A DNA stretch of 64,000 nt from positions 1 through 64,000 of the IMG/VR virus record IMGVR_UViG_3300023174_000097; one strand, 5' to 3'. Under the pieces are notes generated by a model. It was given only the letters and a program-made list of their open reading frames with translations, did no database searches and was not told the origin of the DNA. Of this stretch, positions 58,567-64,000 are shown piece by piece; the first letter of the stretch is position 1, and every line of letters starts with the position of its first letter. A program made the position numbers and the translations under genes. The stretch is from a virus.

Positions 58567-61500
58567 TTAAACTCGCACATCTGGCTGACACACATATCAG
58601 AAACCTAAAATATCACGAAGAATATCGTGAAGTTTTTAAAAAAATCTTTTCAATTCTACGAGAAGAAAAGCCCGATTATATTATCCATTGTGGTGATATT
58701 GCTCATACAAAAAATCAAATTTCACCAGAATTTGTTGAGATGTGTTCTTGGTTCTTAAAAGAACTTGCGGACATTTCACCAACATATGTTATTCTTGGCA
58801 ATCATGATACAAATTTAAAGAACGATACTCGTCAAGATAGTATTTCTCCTATCGTTGCCGCACTTAATCATCCAAATCTAACGCTTTGGAAATATTCAGG
58901 TGAACGAGTTATTAGCGATAAACTTGCTTTTAACGTTCTTTCACTAATTGACGAAGATAAATGGGTCAAACCATCAGACCCAAATCGCATCAATATTGCT
59001 CTTTATCACGGAGCAATTGCTGGTGTATCAACCGATATTGGTTATACACTAGAACATTCAGATCATGAGCTTTCAATTTTTGAAGGCCATGATTATGCTT
59101 TTTTAGGCGACATACATAAGACAAATCAAATTGTTGATACAGAAGGACGTGTTCGTTATCCGGGTTCAACAATTTCCCAAAACCATGGGGAAACTGACGA
59201 TAAAGGTTTCCTAATTTGGGAAATTCAAGATAAGAATAATTTTGATGTTCGTCATATTGTAATTCCACATCCTCGTCCATTTATTACAATTAAGCTTGAT
59301 GAAAGTGGCAAGTTTGACGAAACAATTAACATCAAACCAGATGCTCGCATTCGTGTTATTTGTGAACACAACATTTCTGTAAGCGATATTCGCAAATCAA
59401 TTGATGTTATTAAGGTAAAATATATTCCAGAAAGCGTTACCTTTTTAAATAAGGCAACTGATCGTATTGATATCAGTGATACAATTAAAAAGATTGATAC
59501 AGATGATTTGCGTAATCTGCAAACACAAGAAAAACTACTTCGTGAATATTTAAAAGACTTCAGCCCGTCAGAAGAAGTTTTACAAAAAGTATTTGAAATA
59601 AATAAAAAATATAATACAATTGCAGAAGAAAATGAAGAAGTTTCTCGTAATATTCGTTGGTCCTTGAAATCACTTAAATGGGATAATCTATTCAATTATG
59701 GAACTGCTAATAAAATAGATTTTGAAAAACTTCAAGGTGTTGTAGGAGTTTTTGGTAAAAACTTCTCAGGTAAATCCAGCATTATTGATAGTTTGATTTG
59801 GGGAATTCAAAATTCAACAAGTAAAAATGTTCGTAAGAATGTAAATATCATTAATCAAAATCAGCAAAATGCAAAAGCAGAAGTTCAAATTTCTGTTGAT
59901 GATAAGCTTTACATAGTTGAAAGAACTGCTGAAAAGTATTTAAAGAAACTTGCCGGCGAAGAAACACTTGAAGCAAAAACAGATGTATCTTTTAGTGTGT
60001 GCGATGCAAGCGAACAAGAAGATTGTATTACCTATGAAAAAGGCAATCTAAATGGTCTTGACCGCAATGAAACAGACAAGAATATTCGCAAACTATTTGG
60101 AACATTAGAAGATTTTCTTTTTACTTCTATGGCTTCACAAATGGGTTCGCTTGATTTTATCAACGAAGGTTCAACTCGTCGTAAAGAAATTCTTGGAAAG
60201 TTTCTTGATCTTGAACTCTTTGCAAAGAAATATAAACTATCAAACAATGACGCCACAGAACTCAAGGCAGCTTTAAAGCGTCTTGAAAGCAAAGATTACG
60301 ATAAAGAAATCGCTGAAACCCTTATCAAAGGCTCAGAGGCAAAGAAAAAAGCAGAACTGCAGTCTATTGAGTGTGAAGAAGTAAAAGAAGAAATAAAACA
60401 ATTTGCAGACAATATTAACAACATTAATGTTGAAATTGCTTCATTTCCAAAAATAGAAGTTATTGATGTAGATGGAGTAAAACTTTCTCTTAAAAAAATA
60501 GAAGATGATATTCTTGGTTGGCAAACAACAATTGGTACAAATTATAAATTTATTGAAGAAAAAGAAAAAGCATTAGAAAATGCAAGAAAAGTAATTGATG
60601 AAATCAAAATAGATGAATTAAACAATAAAAAACAAACCTTATCAGATAAAAATAAACAACTTGAAAAGGTTTTAAGAGAAATCACGGACGTAGAGAAGGA
60701 TATTCTACGTGATCAAAAAGATATTAAAATCCTTGATGAAGTGCCATGTGGCGATGGTTTCCCATCTTGCAAGTTCTTGACTGATGCTTTTAGCAAAAAA
60801 GCAGACTTGGAAGATAAAAATGAACTTGTAAAAATCTCAAACAAGAAAAAACAAGCGATTGAAGAAGAAATCAAAGAATTAAAGCCAGACGAGATAGAAA
60901 AATCAATCTCAACGCGTAATGTTATTCTTGAAAAGATTAGAAACATGGAAAATCTTATCTCTAATAAGAAACTTGAAGCAGAACAGTTAAATGGAAAAAT
61001 TATTCTATCTCAAAATCTAATTGAAAAACTAGAAAAGAAGATAGAAGATTATTATAAGAATGAAGAAACTGCTCTAAAATTAAAAGAACTAGATGATAAA
61101 AAGCAAGAATTTACTTCGCAAAAGAATAAGCTTTCAAAGAAACTTGTTGAGTGTGAAGCAAGTATATTAAAATTACATCGTGAATATGGTTCATTAGAAC
61201 AGAAATATAAAGATTTAGAGGAATCAAAAAGCGAACTATTAAAATTACGAGATGAATATGCGGCTATTGCTATGTTTGAAAAAGCCATGCACAGCAACGG
61301 AATTAGTTACGATATTATTCGTAAGAAACTCCCAGTAATAAACGAAGAAATTGCAAAAATTCTTTCAAATATTGTTGGATTTGAAATTTTCTTTGAAGAT
61401 GATGGAAAGAAATTAGATATCTTAATCAAACATCCAAAATATGATCCACGTCCACTTGAACTTTGTTCCGGTGCAGAAAAGAGTCTAGCGGCTATGGCAA

Positions 61501-61736
61501 TCCGTTTAGCGTTAACTAAATTAACTACTTTACCTGTGAGTGACGTATTTATATTAGATGAACCAGCAACTGCTCTTGATGAAGAAAATATGGAAGGCTT
61601 TATGCGTATAATTGATATGTTGAAATCACAATTTAAAACAATTATACTTATTTCTCACTTGCCAGAATTGAAAGATGTTGCTGATCTACAAATAACTATT
61701 GATAATGTTGATGGTTATGCGCATGTGGAGGCTTAA
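58563..61736 (+). CDS. Fused Mre11-Rad50 (SbcD-SbcC; T4 gp47-gp46-like) recombination nuclease/ATPase
   Basis: ADTH, GD, GNHD, GDIH nuclease motifs; Walker A GKNFSGKS, coiled coil, CSGAE signature, ILDEP, ISH. Confidence 0.92.
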   Translation: MIKLAHLADTHIRNLKYHEEYREVFKKIFSILREEKPDYIIHCGDIAHTKNQISPEFVEMCSWFLKELADISPTYVILGNHDTNLKNDTRQDSISPIVAALNHPNLTLWKYSGERVISDKLAFNVLSLIDEDKWVKPSDPNRINIALYHGAIAGVSTDIGYTLEHSDHELSIFEGHDYAFLGDIHKTNQIVDTEGRVRYPGSTISQNHGETDDKGFLIWEIQDKNNFDVRHIVIPHPRPFITIKLDESGKFDETINIKPDARIRVICEHNISVSDIRKSIDVIKVKYIPESVTFLNKATDRIDISDTIKKIDTDDLRNLQTQEKLLREYLKDFSPSEEVLQKVFEINKKYNTIAEENEEVSRNIRWSLKSLKWDNLFNYGTANKIDFEKLQGVVGVFGKNFSGKSSIIDSLIWGIQNSTSKNVRKNVNIINQNQQNAKAEVQISVDDKLYIVERTAEKYLKKLAGEETLEAKTDVSFSVCDASEQEDCITYEKGNLNGLDRNETDKNIRKLFGTLEDFLFTSMASQMGSLDFINEGSTRRKEILGKFLDLELFAKKYKLSNNDATELKAALKRLESKDYDKEIAETLIKGSEAKKKAELQSIECEEVKEEIKQFADNINNINVEIASFPKIEVIDVDGVKLSLKKIEDDILGWQTTIGTNYKFIEEKEKALENARKVIDEIKIDELNNKKQTLSDKNKQLEKVLREITDVEKDILRDQKDIKILDEVPCGDGFPSCKFLTDAFSKKADLEDKNELVKISNKKKQAIEEEIKELKPDEIEKSISTRNVILEKIRNMENLISNKKLEAEQLNGKIILSQNLIEKLEKKIEDYYKNEETALKLKELDDKKQEFTSQKNKLSKKLVECEASILKLHREYGSLEQKYKDLEESKSELLKLRDEYAAIAMFEKAMHSNGISYDIIRKKLPVINEEIAKILSNIVGFEIFFEDDGKKLDILIKHPKYDPRPLELCSGAEKSLAAMAIRLALTKLTTLPVSDVFILDEPATALDEENMEGFMRIIDMLKSQFKTIILISHLPELKDVADLQITIDNVDGYAHVEA

Positions 61737-61964
61737 ATGGATATGGCAAAGTATAAACAAGAAATATTAGATAAATTAGTAGGTAAAGCAGTAAGTAGAA
61801 AACTACTTGTTTGGTTGGTTGCAACAGCGGGTGTTCCACTGCATTTCATAACTGGTGAAGAATGGATACAAATAAGTATGATATATATCGGGTCTCAAGC
61901 GGCTATGGACTTTGTATTGCAGTATGCAAAAGTCAAACAGAGCGGTTCAACTCCACAAACATAG
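61737..61964 (+). CDS. Putative holin
   Basis: 75 aa, SRKLLVW plus two short hydrophobic segments. Confidence 0.55.
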   Translation: MDMAKYKQEILDKLVGKAVSRKLLVWLVATAGVPLHFITGEEWIQISMIYIGSQAAMDFVLQYAKVKQSGSTPQT

Positions 61965-62067
61965 TGTTAAAAACACTCTTATAAAATGGTTCTACACCGG
62001 TATAATTTTACTCGGTGTAGTTTCCGTTTTAGTAGAAATACTATCATCGGAGAAAAGATATAAATGA
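61924..62067 (+). CDS. Small single-TM protein, 47 aa, not in the ORF track
   Basis: MQKSNRAVQLHKHSVKNTLIKWFYTGIILLGVVSVLVEILSSEKRYK; ATGA-coupled to 62064. Confidence 0.5.
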   Translation: MQKSNRAVQLHKHSVKNTLIKWFYTGIILLGVVSVLVEILSSEKRYK

Positions 62068-62438
62068 AATTTTTAAATTCACTATTAGAAACATTAAAGA
62101 AATTTTGGTATTTTTTTGTTATACTTGCTTTAACTGTTCTTGTTTTGGTTGTAGGATTTGTTGAAAATTCTAAAATGACAGGTTTAACTAATTCTATTAA
62201 AGATATAATTGGAAACTACAAAAAACAAGTTAAAACAATAGATAAATTAGGCGATAAAAAAGCAGTAAGCGATAAAGAAACTGTACAAACTTATATTGAT
62301 AGAGAAAAAGAACTACAAGCCGAAAGAGAAGCAGCATTAGCAAAAGTAAATGCAAAAAAGATTAAAGTAGTGGAAGAATTAAAAGATAAACCAACAGATG
62401 AATTAGCGAAAAAAATGAAAGATGAGTTTAAACTATGA
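62064..62438 (+). CDS. Membrane-anchored coiled-coil protein, i-spanin-like
   Basis: N-terminal TM followed by a charged helical region. Confidence 0.5.
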   Translation: MKFLNSLLETLKKFWYFFVILALTVLVLVVGFVENSKMTGLTNSIKDIIGNYKKQVKTIDKLGDKKAVSDKETVQTYIDREKELQAEREAALAKVNAKKIKVVEELKDKPTDELAKKMKDEFKL

Positions 62439-62863
62439 GAACATTATGCTTAACGATATTTTTCTTATTTTCTTGTACCTCATATGCCCAAGTTGCGGTA
62501 GAAAAAGGTCAGCCAGCTCCAGAAGCAGGTATCTTTCTCACAAAGGAACAAGCGGCAAAAGTAATTGCAGAAAAACAAGCCGCAGAACAAATTTGCAAAA
62601 TAAACCAAGACTCAGCACTAGAGCGATTAAAAGCAAAATGTGAATATGAAAAAGGTTTATTAAATAATGAACTCTCTTATGAAAAAAGTAAGTTTACTGA
62701 GATAAGTAAACTTAGAGATGTTCAAGACGAGAAGCTATACGATAGAATTAGCGATAGTGGTGACAATCTTTACTGGTTTGCTGGTGGAATCGTTGCTGGT
62801 GCCGCAACAGCCGCAGCTGTTTCCATAAGTATAGTTTTAGTTATTAATCAGGTAAATCCATGA
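62435..62863 (+). CDS. Exported coiled-coil protein with C-terminal TM, spanin-like
   Basis: Signal MRTLCLTIFFLFSC; C-terminal WFAGGIVAGAATAAAVSISIVLVI. Confidence 0.45.
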   Translation: MRTLCLTIFFLFSCTSYAQVAVEKGQPAPEAGIFLTKEQAAKVIAEKQAAEQICKINQDSALERLKAKCEYEKGLLNNELSYEKSKFTEISKLRDVQDEKLYDRISDSGDNLYWFAGGIVAGAATAAAVSISIVLVINQVNP

Positions 62864-63258
62864 CAGATTGGGATAAAATAGCAGCAATAGAAAAAGCCGT
62901 AAAAGAAAAATACGGAGATAATGCAATTCATAATCCAAAAGCAAATTGGAATGAAGAAAAAGAAAAAGAATATATAGAACAAGTAAAAGAGTATGCTGAA
63001 ATTGTTAAAAACAAAACAGAAACCCAAGAAACAATAGAAGAAAACGGGTTTTTAATAAAGAAAAAACTATTTACTACGAAAACCAGCAGGGTTTGTCCTG
63101 TGAAAGATTGTAAACGTTATTCTTTTAGTTTAAAAGATGATGTTTATATGAACAAATTTGATTGTTGTTATGAATGTTTTATAAAATTTGTTGAAGGGCG
63201 AGAAGAACTTTGGCAAGAAAGAAAGAAGGTGATGTTAAATGGTAGTTTCAAAACTTGA
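62860..63258 (+). CDS. Hypothetical protein with Cys cluster
   Basis: CPVKDC...DCCYEC; ATGA overlap. Confidence 0.75.
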   Translation: MTDWDKIAAIEKAVKEKYGDNAIHNPKANWNEEKEKEYIEQVKEYAEIVKNKTETQETIEENGFLIKKKLFTTKTSRVCPVKDCKRYSFSLKDDVYMNKFDCCYECFIKFVEGREELWQERKKVMLNGSFKT

Positions 63259-63433
63259 AGAAGTATTAAAAGTATTAGAAAGCTGTAAGGCTGATGCAGC
63301 AAAAGTTGAAAAAGGTAATCGTTCAGCAGCAACTCGTCTACGTAAAGACGCAGCTGCTGTTGCGAAATTACTCAAAGAACTTCGCGTAGCTGCTCTTGAT
63401 ACAGTAAAAGAAGCCAAAACAAAAGAAGGCTGA
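63239..63433 (+). CDS. Histone H1-like (Hc1-like) small basic protein
   Basis: DAAKVEKGNRSAATRLRK. Confidence 0.65.
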   Translation: MVVSKLEEVLKVLESCKADAAKVEKGNRSAATRLRKDAAAVAKLLKELRVAALDTVKEAKTKEG

Positions 63434-63457
63434 TAAAACCACAAGGAGACGGTATAA

Positions 63458-63988
63458 ATGGCTGAATTAATGGATGTAATAAAGGGAATTTCGCAAGTAA
63501 TGGCGAATACATATGACGGTGCCCGTGATGAAAAGGGTGAACCAATCAAAGCAGGCTTGCGTCGTGAAAGTGTTCCCGCATTCACAAGCTGTGATTGCCG
63601 TCTCCTTGATGGATTTAGAGCAAGAGTAACACATCATGCATCAAAAGATGGTTCGTTCCCTTGCTTAATTGTTTCATATCAAAGTGAAATTAAACTAGAA
63701 GAAGCACATAAACCAGGTCTTGCCGATGATGTTGAAGAACATATTGCGGAAGCCCTCAAATATCTTAAAAAAGAATTTAAGAAAGTTACTGGCAAAGAAT
63801 TAACTGTTGAAAAATATCAAGATGTAAAAATGAATGTTGAAGAAATATCAAAAATTCGTACACAAGTTACAGCACAATGTCATTACAAAATAAAAAATGT
63901 TGATATGCCAAAATTAGAAGACAAAAAAGACGTTGAACGTGCCGAACAACTACAAAAATGGTTAGCTTTAGGTGGGCTTAAGAAATGA
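63458..63988 (+). CDS. Hypothetical protein
   Basis: AAGGAG RBS; 176-aa ORF. Confidence 0.75.
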   Translation: MAELMDVIKGISQVMANTYDGARDEKGEPIKAGLRRESVPAFTSCDCRLLDGFRARVTHHASKDGSFPCLIVSYQSEIKLEEAHKPGLADDVEEHIAEALKYLKKEFKKVTGKELTVEKYQDVKMNVEEISKIRTQVTAQCHYKIKNVDMPKLEDKKDVERAEQLQKWLALGGLKK

Positions 63989-64000
63989 AAATAACTAAAT

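Noticed and set aside
19614-61297. Many short minus-strand ORFs inside long plus-strand genes
   Set aside because: Antisense shadows with no recognisable motifs

Overview
An AT-rich 64-kb segment of a large tailed bacteriophage, probably a jumbo myovirus, with almost every gene on the + strand and the standard genetic code. Gene order: accessory region with tRNA-Leu(TAA), tRNA-Gln(TTG), a SPOUT RNA methyltransferase, a protease, PIN-PhoH and a Cas4-like nuclease; an eight-gene glycosylation/methylation cluster; a gp55-like late sigma factor; a ~40-kb baseplate/tail module; a RuvC-like resolvase, DNA primase and a fused Mre11-Rad50 (SbcD-SbcC); a probable lysis cassette; a histone-H1-like protein. 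The most notable signal is five free-standing homing-endonuclease-like genes from four nuclease families. (i) A Vsr-like endonuclease overlaps exon 1 of a glycosyltransferase split by an ORF-less 279-nt group I intron (7896-8174), which the ORF track misses. (ii) A GIY-YIG gene lies between two recoded copies of the primase 5' end, and both copies keep a covarying hairpin. (iii) A PD-(D/E)XK gene abuts an orphan tRNA 3' end. Three endonuclease genes have their RBS in a hairpin whose loop carries a putative late-promoter motif, CTA(T/A)TTAT, which also precedes virion genes. Family assignments come from motifs recognised by eye; no database searches were run.
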